Positions 8,899 to 19,001 of a stretch of DNA of 64,000 nt are shown in pieces (position 1 is the stretch's first letter; each line of letters starts with the position of its first letter). The translations under genes and the position numbers were made by a program. The notes beneath the pieces were generated by a model, which did no database searches, had not been told where the DNA came from, and was given only the letters and a program-made list of their open reading frames with translations. This DNA is from Ruminococcus sp. UBA3280 (lineage in GTDB: Bacteria; Bacillota; Clostridia; Oscillospirales; Ruminococcaceae), in contig DETU01000082.1 in NCBI GenBank assembly GCA_002362175.1, forward strand, positions 19,233-83,232, in the 5' to 3' direction.

Positions 8899-9996
8899 AT
8901 GAATATTCAGATTGATTTTAACTGCAATAAACCTGTTTATATACAGATTTATCAGGCACTTAGAAACAAGATTGTTTCGGGGGCTTTTCCTTATGGTTCA
9001 AAACTTCCGTCAAAACGTTCTCTTTCTGCGGACTGCGGAGTTAGTATAGTTACCGTTGAACACGCTTACTCCATGCTCTGCGACGAAGATTATTGTGAAA
9101 CACGGGAAAGGAGCGGATATTATGTCGTTTACAGTCCCGAGAGAAGTTTCCCTTCGGGTGAAGTTATATCCGAAAAAACATCATTGCAGACTTCTGAAAA
9201 TATATCTGTTTCGTCTGATATTCCTTTTTCGTCGTTTGCAGGACGAATGAGACGTGTCCTTTCCGATTACGGTGAAAGAATCCTGATGAAGTCACACCCC
9301 AACGGCTGTCCCGAACTCCGTGACGCTATAAGGCGTTATCTCATGAGGAGCAGGAATATTGAAGTAAAACCTTATCAGATAATAATTGGTTCTGGAGCAG
9401 AATACCTTTACGGACTTTGTATACAGATGCTCGGCAGGGAAAGAATAATTGCACTTGAAAATCCGTCGTATGAAAAAATAAGGGAAGTCTATACGGCAAA
9501 CGGTGCGGTCTGTGATATGCTTGAAATGGATTCAGAGGGAATACGCACGGACGAACTTGAAAAAACGTCTGCCTCTGTACTTCATGTAACGCCTTTTCAC
9601 AGCTTTCCGAGTAATATAACTGCTTCGGCGGAAAGACGTGCAGAGTACATAAGGTGGGCAGAAAACAGAAATGCGTTTATTATTGAAGATGACTATGATT
9701 CCGAATTTATAATGACGGGAGTTGCTCCTGAAACTCTTTTTTCAATGTGTCCCGACAGAAGTGTGATATATATAAACACTTTTTCAAAAACTATTGCACC
9801 GTCAATGCGTGCAGGATATATGATTCTTCCCGAAAGACTTTTACAGCTTTATAATGAAAAAATAGGTTTTTATTCCTGTACCGTTCCAATGCTGGAGCAG
9901 TATTTTCTTGCCGACTGGATTGACAGCGGAGACTTTGAGAGGAATATTAACCGCATGAGACGTAAAAACAACATGAAAAAAATAATGTCACCTTAA
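8899..9996 (+). CDS. MocR/GabR-family GntR regulator with PLP aminotransferase domain (short C-terminus)
   Basis: KLPSKRSLS..VS..TVEHAY wHTH, IIEDDYDSEF, TFSKTIAPSMRAGY (PLP lysine). Confidence 0.88.
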   Translation: MNIQIDFNCNKPVYIQIYQALRNKIVSGAFPYGSKLPSKRSLSADCGVSIVTVEHAYSMLCDEDYCETRERSGYYVVYSPERSFPSGEVISEKTSLQTSENISVSSDIPFSSFAGRMRRVLSDYGERILMKSHPNGCPELRDAIRRYLMRSRNIEVKPYQIIIGSGAEYLYGLCIQMLGRERIIALENPSYEKIREVYTANGAVCDMLEMDSEGIRTDELEKTSASVLHVTPFHSFPSNITASAERRAEYIRWAENRNAFIIEDDYDSEFIMTGVAPETLFSMCPDRSVIYINTFSKTIAPSMRAGYMILPERLLQLYNEKIGFYSCTVPMLEQYFLADWIDSGDFERNINRMRRKNNMKKIMSP

Positions 9997-10018
9997 TTTT
10001 AGAATAAGGTTGACAATT
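9984..10018. promoter_or_regulatory. BirA-like operator overlapping the bioY -35 box
   Basis: TGTCA-CC-N15-GGTTGACA inverted repeat resembles the BirA box; it lies directly upstream of bioY. Confidence 0.6.
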
Positions 10019-10038
10019 GTGAAACTTTGTGATATAAT
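10010..10038 (+). promoter_or_regulatory. sigma-A promoter of bioY
   Basis: TTGACA-17 bp-TATAAT with extended TG. Confidence 0.8.
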
Positions 10039-10069
10039 AAGTCTGATAAATTTAAAGGAGGACTTTTTT

Positions 10070-10618
10070 ATGTCAGAAAATGTTGTATCACGTTCAAAAT
10101 TCTTTAACACACGAGAAATTGTTCTTATTGCCATGTTCTCGGCGATTATGGCGGTATGTTCTTGGATTTCCGTACCGACTGCCATTCCGTTTACTTTGCA
10201 GACTTTCGGGGTATTCTGTACCATGAGTATTCTCGGCGGAAAAAAAGGATTTTTTTCAATACTGGTTTATATTCTTATCGGTGCGGTAGGTGTGCCTGTT
10301 TTTTCGGGATTCAGTGCAGGATTCAGTGCGTTGACTTCTTATTCAGGTGGTTATATATGGGGATTTCTTTTCCTCGCATTTGTATTCTGGGGTGCTGAAA
10401 AGTGTTTCGGAAACAGACTTTACATACAGATTGTTTCGTTGGTTATCGGTATGGTGGTATGTTATCTTTGCGGAACACTTTGGTTTATACACGTCACAAA
10501 AACAGGCTTTTTATACGGGCTGACCGCCTGTGTTGCACCTTATGTGCTTTTTGACCTGCTGAAGATGATTTGTGCGGTTGGTATTTCTGTGAGGGTGAAA
10601 AAATATGTCAGAGTGTAA
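10070..10618 (+). CDS. bioY: Biotin ECF transporter S component
   Basis: IPFTLQTFGV, YILIGAVGVPVFSG, SGGYIWGF, Y..GTLWF, FDLLK motifs; ATG 10070 behind AGGAGG. Confidence 0.92.
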   Translation: MSENVVSRSKFFNTREIVLIAMFSAIMAVCSWISVPTAIPFTLQTFGVFCTMSILGGKKGFFSILVYILIGAVGVPVFSGFSAGFSALTSYSGGYIWGFLFLAFVFWGAEKCFGNRLYIQIVSLVIGMVVCYLCGTLWFIHVTKTGFLYGLTACVAPYVLFDLLKMICAVGISVRVKKYVRV

Positions 10619-10991
10619 AATAAGGTTTCATCATGGGCTTTGTATCGGTTTTTTTGAGGGAAAAGGCTACAGTCGAGAGTTTACGCAAAATATGACCGAT
10701 GTTACAGAAATGCTGAACCGTGAAAATCCTGAGACGGAAATTACTTTAAAAAGTGATATTATATGTCGGAAATGCCCGAATCTCAAAGACGGAATATGCA
10801 AGAGTAACGAAAAGGTTTCACAATATGACAGAAAAGTAATGGATTTGTGCGGAATTTCAGACGGTGAAAAAATCAGGTGGAAAGACTTTCGGAAAAAAGT
10901 AAATGACAGAATAATTTCTGCCGGCAAGCTTAAAGAGGTCTGTTCGGACTGTCAGTGGCTTTATATATGCGAAAAAAAAGGGACTTTATAA
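10605..10991 (+). CDS. DUF1284 family Cys/His-rich protein
   Basis: RFHHGLC..F.GKGYS, DIICRKCPN, CSDCQW..C. Confidence 0.8.
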   Translation: MSECKIRFHHGLCIGFFEGKGYSREFTQNMTDVTEMLNRENPETEITLKSDIICRKCPNLKDGICKSNEKVSQYDRKVMDLCGISDGEKIRWKDFRKKVNDRIISAGKLKEVCSDCQWLYICEKKGTL

Positions 10992-11002
10992 AAGTCCCTT
11001 TT
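10972..11002. terminator. Bidirectional terminator
   Basis: aaaagggacttt/aaagtccctttt between convergent genes. Confidence 0.7.
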
Positions 11003-11006
11003 ATAT

Positions 11007-13418
11007 TTAAAGTTCTATTTCTCGTTTTTTAGCGGTTTCACTTTTTGTAAATAGTTCTTTTATCTTATTGAAAAGCATTGTAAGATACCGCATGAACGGT
11101 TCTGCAATGATTGAGAAGTTTATACAAAGCAGAATAGCCTTTGTTGACATTCCTGAAATTCCGAAAAGGTCGCTGATGAAAATCATACAGAAAGTAAGTC
11201 CAAATATACAGAATATCCATAAAGTCATTTTATAGACGTTCATCGGTCGGCTTATTTCAAAGAGAATCATAAGACCGACAATGCAAAGCAGAATAGTTGA
11301 AGCTGTTGCAATATCCGACTGGTCAACGGCATAGGCGTTTCCGAAAAATACCATTGCCGCAACTATTATTGTATCTGTAAGACCTGCGGGAAAAGCTTTC
11401 AGCAGAATATTTGTCATGAATTTTCCACGTATCATATCCTGATTAGGCATCTGTGAGAGGACGAGTGCGGGCAGACCTATTGTAAACATACTTATAAGCG
11501 AAATCTGTGAAGGTTTGAGAGGATAGGTAATTCCGAAACATATTGAAAGTATTGACATTATGAGAGAAAAAATATTTTTTACAAGGAAAAGACTTCCCGA
11601 GCGTTCGAGGTTATTGACAACACGTCGCCCCTCCATAACAACGTCCGGCATTTTTGAGAAGTCCGATTCAAGCAGTACAAGCTGTGAGACCTGAGCTGCC
11701 GCCTCACTTCCCGAAGCCATTGCAACGGAACAGTCTGCATCTTTCAGGGCGAGAACGTCGTTTACACCGTCGCCCGTCATCGCAACGGTTCTTCCCTGTA
11801 GTTTGAGAGCCTTTACAAATTTTCGTTTCTGGTCGGGGGTAACACGTCCGAAAACGGTGTATCTCTGAACAGCGTCATAAATAGCGTTGTCTGTTGTAAG
11901 GGTTGAAGCGTCAATGTAATTCTTGGCGTTTTCAATGCCTGCCTGTTTTGCAACTTCCGAAACGGTAACGGGATTATCACCCGATATTACCTTTATTTCA
12001 ACACCCTGTTCCGCAAAGAACTTAAATGTTTCAACGGCGTTTTCACGTATTGGATTGGAAAGTATAATAAAGCATATCGGAATAAAATCGTCTTTGAGTT
12101 CCTTACCGTCGGGAATACCGCCGTATCTTCCGAACGCAAGAATTCTGTGACCCTTACGGCTGTTTGATTCAATAATCTGTTTGATTTTGTCGGACTGTTC
12201 CTGTATTATAAAATCAGGAGCTCCGATTATATATGAACCGTTTTCAAAAGTAACACTGCTGTATTTGTATTTTGAGGAAAAGCCTGTCCTTCCTATAGGT
12301 TTTCTTCCGGCAGGACTGCGGAAATGATTTTTAAGAGAAGCCATTGTTTCATTGTCGGAAGCCTGTGCGGCGGTAAAATCACTCAGAAGTCCCTGCAGTT
12401 CGTCTGCTGACATATCATTGATTATCGGCACAACATCAGTAACACACATTGAATTTTCGGTTATAGTACCTGTCTTGTCCACACATAGAACGTCAACACG
12501 GGCAAGTGTTTCTATACATTTCATGTCATGAACAAGTACCTTTCCGTAAGCAAGACGCATTGCACTTATGGCGAGGGTGGTACTTGCGATAAGAAAAAGT
12601 CCCTCGGGAACCATTCCTATGACGGCGGCTACCATAGCTTCAATACTGTCTTTCATGGGAATATCGTTTATAAAGTACTGCTGATAAAACATAAAAATAC
12701 CGATAGGGATAATTATTATACCTGCTATCTTTACGATTTTGTTGAGTGAGCGTATCATTTCGGACTGTTCGCCTTTTTTTGAACGCTTTGCCTGTAATGT
12801 AAGCTGTGAAATATATGAATCACTTCCGACTTTTTCAAGTCTTGCACGGCACGTGCCTGAAACAACGAAACTTCCCGACATAAGTATGTCTCCGCTTCCC
12901 TTTACTATTTCGTCGGACTCACCTGTAAGAAGCGACTCGTTTACAGAAACATTTCCGTCAATTATAACAGCGTCTGCACTTATCTGATTACCTGCTCTGA
13001 AAACTGCTATGTCGTCAAGTACAAGATGCTGTGACTGCACTGTCATTTCCTTACCGTCACGTATAACGGTTGTAACGGGGGCATTAAGCATAGTAAGCTT
13101 GTCAAGAGTTCTCTTTGAACGGAGTTCCTGAAAAATTCCTATAAGGGTATTTGCAACGATTATCGGGATAAAAGTCATATCACGGTAAGAACCGACAAAT
13201 ACAAGCAGACACGCAAGAATCAAAAATATAAAATTGAAGTAAGTAAAAACATTCTCGCTTATAATTTCTTTGACCGTTTTTGACGGAGATTCAACGGGTT
13301 TGTTGTTGAATCCGTCCTCAAGCCGTTTGCTTACCTGTTCCGAAGTGAGACCCGAATCCACAGGAGCATTTATTCTCACAGGGGCGGGCTTTATGATTTT
13401 TTCGGTTTTTTTAGCCAA
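11007..13418 (-). CDS. Cation-translocating P-type ATPase (CtpE-like)
   Basis: LLTGES, VPEGL, DKTGTIT, ISGD, MTGDGVND; likely TTG start at 13418 behind AAGGTG. Confidence 0.92.
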   Translation of the reverse strand: MAKKTEKIIKPAPVRINAPVDSGLTSEQVSKRLEDGFNNKPVESPSKTVKEIISENVFTYFNFIFLILACLLVFVGSYRDMTFIPIIVANTLIGIFQELRSKRTLDKLTMLNAPVTTVIRDGKEMTVQSQHLVLDDIAVFRAGNQISADAVIIDGNVSVNESLLTGESDEIVKGSGDILMSGSFVVSGTCRARLEKVGSDSYISQLTLQAKRSKKGEQSEMIRSLNKIVKIAGIIIIPIGIFMFYQQYFINDIPMKDSIEAMVAAVIGMVPEGLFLIASTTLAISAMRLAYGKVLVHDMKCIETLARVDVLCVDKTGTITENSMCVTDVVPIINDMSADELQGLLSDFTAAQASDNETMASLKNHFRSPAGRKPIGRTGFSSKYKYSSVTFENGSYIIGAPDFIIQEQSDKIKQIIESNSRKGHRILAFGRYGGIPDGKELKDDFIPICFIILSNPIRENAVETFKFFAEQGVEIKVISGDNPVTVSEVAKQAGIENAKNYIDASTLTTDNAIYDAVQRYTVFGRVTPDQKRKFVKALKLQGRTVAMTGDGVNDVLALKDADCSVAMASGSEAAAQVSQLVLLESDFSKMPDVVMEGRRVVNNLERSGSLFLVKNIFSLIMSILSICFGITYPLKPSQISLISMFTIGLPALVLSQMPNQDMIRGKFMTNILLKAFPAGLTDTIIVAAMVFFGNAYAVDQSDIATASTILLCIVGLMILFEISRPMNVYKMTLWIFCIFGLTFCMIFISDLFGISGMSTKAILLCINFSIIAEPFMRYLTMLFNKIKELFTKSETAKKREIEL

Positions 13419-13451
13419 TATATACACACCTTTCATGTTGTGATGTATATA

Positions 13452-13480
13452 ATTATAGCACATATATTTCCTGTTTTCAA
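13452..13480 (-). promoter_or_regulatory. sigma-A promoter of the P-type ATPase gene
   Basis: Minus strand TTGAAA-17 bp-TATAAT with extended TG. Confidence 0.65.
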
Positions 13481-13511
13481 TCCGCATTTTGTGATAGGTG
13501 AATGAAATTTT

Positions 13512-14843
13512 TTACATATAGCCGTACTTGGATTTGTTGCGGAAAATAAAGAACATCGTAACGAAAAGTGCAAGAAGTTCTGCAAAAATAATTGATACCC
13601 ATATACCGTTGAGACCGAAAATCATCGGAATGAATATAACCATTACAATCTGGAATAAAAGCGTTCTAAGGAATGATATAACTGCCGAAACAATGCCGTT
13701 ATTGAGTGCGGTGAAGAATGACGAGCCGTATATATTGAAGCCTGATAACATAAATGATATTGCATATATGCGGAAAGCGTGTATGGTGAGTTCAAAAAGT
13801 TCAGGTTTGTAACCGACGAATATCTTGGCAAGCGGATAGGCGATAATCTGTGAAAGTACTGTCATTGCAACAGAAGTCCAGGCGATTACGGCAATACTTT
13901 TACGAAGAATACTTTTCAGTTCATCAGAATTTTTCGCACCGTAATTGTAGCTTACAATTGGTGCTGAACCGATTGAAAATCCTATGAATATTGATACAAA
14001 TATAAAGCTTACGTACATGATTACACCGTAAGCTGCAACACCGTCCTGACCTGCGTATTTCATAAGCTGACTATTGTATAACATATTTACAACCGACATT
14101 GAAATATTTGTCATGAGTTCTGAAGAACCGTTTGTACAGGTACGCAGTATAACTTTTTTATTGAATCTGAATTTTACAAATTTAAGCATACTGCTGTTTG
14201 CAGATGCAAAGTAGAATACGGGTATTATAGCACCCACAATCTGTGAAAGTGCTGTAGCCGCTGCCGCACCCTGTACGCCCCAGTTGAATACGCCTATGAA
14301 TAAGAAGTCAAATACCATATTTACCACACCCGATAAAATGGATACTTTAAGACCAATGTCGGGCTTTCCTGCGGCAACAAAGAAACTCTGAAATATGTTC
14401 TGCAACATGAAAAAAGGTACGGCACATATAAGTATTTTACCATACTTCATACAGTAGTCTAACATATTTTCGTCCGCACCCATAAGTACAGTGGCAGGTT
14501 TAAGGACAATAAATCCCAGTACAGCAAGTATAATGCCGACTATGGTATTTACACAGACTATCATTGTAAAATATTCGTTTGCCCTGTCTTTTTTACCCTC
14601 TCCTATGGTTTTCGCAACTATGGCACTTCCTCCTGTTCCGAACATGAAACCGAGACCACCAAATATCATGAGCAGAGGCATTACGAAGTTTACAGCCGAA
14701 AATGCCGTATCACCGGCATAGTTTGATACAAAAAGTCCGTCTACAACGCCGTATACCGACGTGAAAATCATCATTATTATTGACGGCAGACAGAAGCTCA
14801 GGAGTTTTTTTGTTGTGAAATGTTCTGAAATCTGAATGTTCAT
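13512..14843 (-). CDS. MATE family efflux transporter
   Basis: IQISEHFT..KLL.F.LPSIIMMIFTSVYGVVDGLFVSN, multiple TM segments. Confidence 0.9.
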   Translation of the reverse strand: MNIQISEHFTTKKLLSFCLPSIIMMIFTSVYGVVDGLFVSNYAGDTAFSAVNFVMPLLMIFGGLGFMFGTGGSAIVAKTIGEGKKDRANEYFTMIVCVNTIVGIILAVLGFIVLKPATVLMGADENMLDYCMKYGKILICAVPFFMLQNIFQSFFVAAGKPDIGLKVSILSGVVNMVFDFLFIGVFNWGVQGAAAATALSQIVGAIIPVFYFASANSSMLKFVKFRFNKKVILRTCTNGSSELMTNISMSVVNMLYNSQLMKYAGQDGVAAYGVIMYVSFIFVSIFIGFSIGSAPIVSYNYGAKNSDELKSILRKSIAVIAWTSVAMTVLSQIIAYPLAKIFVGYKPELFELTIHAFRIYAISFMLSGFNIYGSSFFTALNNGIVSAVISFLRTLLFQIVMVIFIPMIFGLNGIWVSIIFAELLALFVTMFFIFRNKSKYGYM

Positions 14844-14868
14844 TTTTATGTATTCCTTTCCTGTAAAT

Positions 14869-14900
14869 AAAAAAACTGCTGTATTGTAGAAATACAGCAG
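14869..14900 (-). terminator. Rho-independent terminator after the HMA gene
   Basis: ctgctgtatt/aatacagcag 10 bp stem plus T7 on the minus strand. Confidence 0.65.
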
Positions 14901-14912
14901 AAAAGAAGTTTA

Positions 14913-15167
14913 TTACTTTCTGAATAAACCGAATTTTTTCTTTTCATAGGGTTCACTCTTTACGGAGATGACCTTATATCCCGCTTTCTCGACTGCCTCA
15001 CGCAGTTTTGTTTCATCGGGTGCTGTTTCTGTAATTATTTCTGTTTCACCTGTCTTGTGGGAGGAAGTTACATTTTCGGTAACAAATGCCTCAATTACAG
15101 CCATATTAACGTGCTTTTCGCACATTTTGCACATCATTCCTTCAATATTAACAACAGTTTTAATCAT
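14913..15167 (-). CDS. Heavy-metal-associated (HMA, CopZ-like) protein
   Basis: IEGMMCKMC metal motif, EAVEKAGY. Confidence 0.8.
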   Translation of the reverse strand: MIKTVVNIEGMMCKMCEKHVNMAVIEAFVTENVTSSHKTGETEIITETAPDETKLREAVEKAGYKVISVKSEPYEKKKFGLFRK

Positions 15168-15308
15168 AGAAAAACACTCCTTTATCAATTTTATTACAGC
15201 AGTATTAAAGATTATATATCATTTTTAAATTTTTGTCAATAGAAAAGCAAAAAATTCATGAAAAAAATATTTTTGTCGGATATGCGGAAATTTAGCACTA
15301 TATTAACG

Positions 15309-15345
15309 AAAAATACGCTTTCTTCGTCAAAAAGAAAGCGTATTT
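15309..15345 (-). terminator. Terminator of ackA
   Basis: aaatacgctttctt/aagaaagcgtattt 14 bp stem. Confidence 0.7.
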
Positions 15346-15396
15346 ATAAAAATGTGTTGATTTTTATATCATACTAATGTATAATAATATTACCGA

Positions 15397-16596
15397 TTAC
15401 TTTGATATGAGGGCGAGTGTATCTCTTGCAATAAGAAGCTCTTCGTTTGTCGGAACTACCCACACTTCAACCTTTGAATCGTCGGCAGAAATCTTCTTGA
15501 GCTGACCTCTGAGACCGTCATTTGCGGATTTGTCAAGCTTGATACCGAAAAATTCCATATCTTCACATACCTTTTCTCTTACATCATAAGCGTTTTCGCC
15601 TATACCGCCTGTGAAAAGAACAGCGTCAAGACCGTTCATTGCAGCAGCATATGAACCTATATACTTCTTGATTTCATAAACAAGCATATCAGAAACAAGC
15701 TTTGCTCTTTCATTTCCGTGAGCGGCTGCGTCTGTAATGTCACGGTTGTCTGAACCAATGCCGGAAACGCCGAGGAATCCTGACTTTTTGTTCATGTAGT
15801 CACTCATCTGTGAAGCTGTAAAACCGTGTTTTGCTGCTACGAATGTAACGGCTGACGGGTCAACCGCACCTGTACGTGTTCCCATTACAACGCCGTCAAG
15901 CGGAGTGAATCCCATTGAAGTATCAACTGATTTACCGCCGTCAACTGCTGTGATAGAAGAACCGTTGCCGAGATGACATGAAACAATCTTGAGGTCTTTT
16001 ATGTCCTTGCCCATAGCTTCGGCGAGAGCAGCGGAAACGAATCTGTGTGAAGTACCGTGGAAACCGTACTTTCTTACATGGAGGGTTTCATAATCCTCAT
16101 AGGGAAGTCCGAACATATAAGCCTTCGGGGGCATTGTCTGATGGAAAGCTGTATCAAATACAACAACCTGCGGCACGTTTTCGGGAATAACCTTTTTGCA
16201 GGCTCTGAGGGCGAGTGCATGGGCATGGTTATGAACAGGAGCAAGTTCACGCAGTTCATCGATTTTGTCTATGATTTCGTCTGTAACAAGTACGGACTTG
16301 TCAAAAATATCCGCACCCTGCACAATTCTGTGACCTACAGCGGAGATTTCGTCCATGCTGTCAATAACCTTTGCATCTCCTGTTGTAAGAGCCTCAACAA
16401 GCTTCATAAAAGCTTCTGTATGAGTGGGGAAAGAGCAGTCAGCCTCAAATGACTTTCCGTCTCCTGTTTTGTGTGAAATGTGACCGTCGATACCGATTCT
16501 GTCGCAGTTGCCCTTTGCAATTACGCTTTCGTCGTCCATATTGATAAGCTGGTATTTGAGTGACGAACTTCCTGCGTTAACAACTAAAATAATCAT
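15397..16596 (-). CDS. ackA: Acetate kinase
   Basis: VVNAGSSSLK, GHRIVQG, FDTAFHQT, YGFHGTSH, CHLGNGSS, FTGGIGEN, PTNEEL. Confidence 0.97.
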   Translation of the reverse strand: MIILVVNAGSSSLKYQLINMDDESVIAKGNCDRIGIDGHISHKTGDGKSFEADCSFPTHTEAFMKLVEALTTGDAKVIDSMDEISAVGHRIVQGADIFDKSVLVTDEIIDKIDELRELAPVHNHAHALALRACKKVIPENVPQVVVFDTAFHQTMPPKAYMFGLPYEDYETLHVRKYGFHGTSHRFVSAALAEAMGKDIKDLKIVSCHLGNGSSITAVDGGKSVDTSMGFTPLDGVVMGTRTGAVDPSAVTFVAAKHGFTASQMSDYMNKKSGFLGVSGIGSDNRDITDAAAHGNERAKLVSDMLVYEIKKYIGSYAAAMNGLDAVLFTGGIGENAYDVREKVCEDMEFFGIKLDKSANDGLRGQLKKISADDSKVEVWVVPTNEELLIARDTLALISK

Positions 16597-16805
16597 TGAA
16601 TATTCACAATCCTTTCAAAGTAATGTATTGCATATATAATTATATACTTTTTTCCGTAAAATGCAAGACCTTTTCGGAAATTTATTCAGTTAAATTTATA
16701 AAATAGGAAAAAAATAAACAAAGGATTCCATAAAATTACAAATAATATGTACAATAAATGAAATTTTTTCATTAAACATTGAAATTTGTGAAAAGAGGTA
16801 GTAAA

Positions 16806-18008
16806 ATGAAAATCAGCGGTATTATCTGCGAGTATAATCCGTTCCATAACGGACACCTTCATCATATCCGTGAAACAAGAAAAAACGGTGCTACACATAT
16901 TGTTGCTGTCATGAGCGGAAATTTTGTTCAGAGGGGCGACGTTGCCGTTATGGATAAGTTGGAAAGGGCAAAATTAGCGGTTCGTTCGGGGGTAGACCTT
17001 GTAATTGAACTGCCGGTACAGTATTGTCTTTCTTCGGCTGAAAATTTTGCGGCTGGGGCGGTATGGCTTCTTGACTCACTCGGAGTGGTTGAAGAATTGT
17101 CTTTCGGTAGTGAGTGCGGAGACATAAAAAAGTTATACAATGCTCTCGGAACTATACAGAAAGTCGCTCTTTCGTGCCATGACGAAATAATAAATATCAT
17201 GGAAAAAGGTTATACTTATCCAAAGGCACTTAATTCCGTTATAAACGGTTTTGACCCTCAGACAGCTTCTGTTATAGCAGAACCCAATAATCTTCTTGCC
17301 ATAGAGTATCTCAGGGCAATGATTAAGTTTTCCTCAAAGATGAAGCCGTTTACTGTAAAAAGAACAGGCACGGCTCATGACGGTACAGTATCTTCGGGAA
17401 ATATAACAAGTGCGTCTGATATAAGGAGCAGACTTGTGACGGAAAAAAGTGTTTCTTTAATCCGTCCTTATACAACGTCACTATGGGGGGACGCTCTGGA
17501 AGATGCTATGCGTAATGGAGAAATAGCCTCACTCAGCAGACTTGAAAGGGTTATGCTGTACAAGCTCCGCACATCGTCTCCTCAGGAAATTTCTCTTATA
17601 AATGACGTGGGACAGGGACTGGAACATAGAATATATGGTGCAAGAATGGCGGGGTCGCTTGACGAGCTTTTCTTTACCGTAAAAACAAAAAGATATACAA
17701 TGGCACGTATCAGAAGGATAATGCTTTCAATTCTTCTCGGAATAACAAAAGAAGATATGAAAAGTTTTTCTCCTTTCGGCAGAATACTTGCCTTTAATGA
17801 AAGAGGTCGTGATATACTTGCACAGGCAAAAGGGGCTACAGCTATTCCTTATGCTTCGTCCATTGCAAAGCTTTCACAGCTTGGTGAAACTGCAAAGCGT
17901 TTTGCGGATATTGAAATAAGAGCCTCTGATGTATATGGTCTTTCACTTGGAACAGTGACTTCCGCCCAGAAGGATTACAGGGCAAAAATTATGATAGATA
18001 TGGAGTAA
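16806..18008 (+). CDS. tmcAL: tRNA(Met) cytidine acetate ligase (YlbM family)
   Basis: GIICEYNPFHNGHLHHI, MSGNFVQRG, PNNLLAIEY, KTKRYTMARIRR. Confidence 0.88.
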   Translation: MKISGIICEYNPFHNGHLHHIRETRKNGATHIVAVMSGNFVQRGDVAVMDKLERAKLAVRSGVDLVIELPVQYCLSSAENFAAGAVWLLDSLGVVEELSFGSECGDIKKLYNALGTIQKVALSCHDEIINIMEKGYTYPKALNSVINGFDPQTASVIAEPNNLLAIEYLRAMIKFSSKMKPFTVKRTGTAHDGTVSSGNITSASDIRSRLVTEKSVSLIRPYTTSLWGDALEDAMRNGEIASLSRLERVMLYKLRTSSPQEISLINDVGQGLEHRIYGARMAGSLDELFFTVKTKRYTMARIRRIMLSILLGITKEDMKSFSPFGRILAFNERGRDILAQAKGATAIPYASSIAKLSQLGETAKRFADIEIRASDVYGLSLGTVTSAQKDYRAKIMIDME

Positions 18009-18011
18009 AAA

Positions 18012-19001
18012 ATGATATCTGAATTTCTGAAGATTACAGCCGTTACGGCTGTCGCAGCAATAACACTTACTTCCTGCGGAAACAGGGTAATGCTCATGAA
18101 CAGTTCAACAGAGGCTGATGCCGATACCATTGAATTAGACGGAAGTTACGTCGAGGGTGAAGAATACAAGAATCAGGATTCCAATGAACCCGAGCAGTAT
18201 ATTGAAAAGGAAATCCCCGAAGAAATCACTACAGAACCGACAACTATTGATATTTATAATAATGATTACGAACTTCCCGAAAAAGCAGTGATTGATGACT
18301 TTGAAACAGTTATGCAGAATCCCGAACTTCCGACAGGCTGTGAAATTACGGCACTTACGCAGACTCTTAATTTTCTCGGTTTTGATGTTGACAAGGTTAC
18401 AATGTGCGATGAATATATGCCCGTTGACTTCAACGGAGAATATACTATGAATGAGTGCTATATAGGCGACCCTAAATCACATACCGGTTTTGGCTGTAGT
18501 TCTCCCGTAATATGCAAGGCTGCAAAACTGTTTTTTCGTATCGAAAAATCGGACTGCTACCCCGTAGACCTTACGGGAACAGACTTTCAGGAGCTTTTCT
18601 ATCAGATTGAGCAGGGTCGTCCCGTTATAGTATGGACGACAATGTATCTTCTTGATACAAAGCCTGAGTACGTATATACAGCAAAAAACGGTGAAGAAAT
18701 GTGGTTCTGTACGTATCAGCACTGTCTTACTATTTATGGTTACGATTATGATAACGGCGTTGTATATGCGGCAGACCCGCTTGTAGGAAATACTACTTAT
18801 TCCATTGAAAGTTTTGAAAGAATATATGATATACTCGGCAAACAGGCAGTTGTTATATGCGGTGACGCTGAAAACGGTCTTGATGCCGAGCCTAAGTCCG
18901 TTACAAAGTCCGAGCCTGAAATTACAACAGATGCCGAGTACACGGAATCGGTTTACGAGGAAGATACAGAAGCTGACACAACGGAAGAAACAACGGAATG
19001 A
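18012..19001 (+). CDS. C39-like peptidase lipoprotein
   Basis: Lipobox LTSC, QNPELPTGCEITAL (Cys), QHCLTIYGYD (His), ADPL. Confidence 0.8.
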   Translation: MISEFLKITAVTAVAAITLTSCGNRVMLMNSSTEADADTIELDGSYVEGEEYKNQDSNEPEQYIEKEIPEEITTEPTTIDIYNNDYELPEKAVIDDFETVMQNPELPTGCEITALTQTLNFLGFDVDKVTMCDEYMPVDFNGEYTMNECYIGDPKSHTGFGCSSPVICKAAKLFFRIEKSDCYPVDLTGTDFQELFYQIEQGRPVIVWTTMYLLDTKPEYVYTAKNGEEMWFCTYQHCLTIYGYDYDNGVVYAADPLVGNTTYSIESFERIYDILGKQAVVICGDAENGLDAEPKSVTKSEPEITTDAEYTESVYEEDTEADTTEETTE

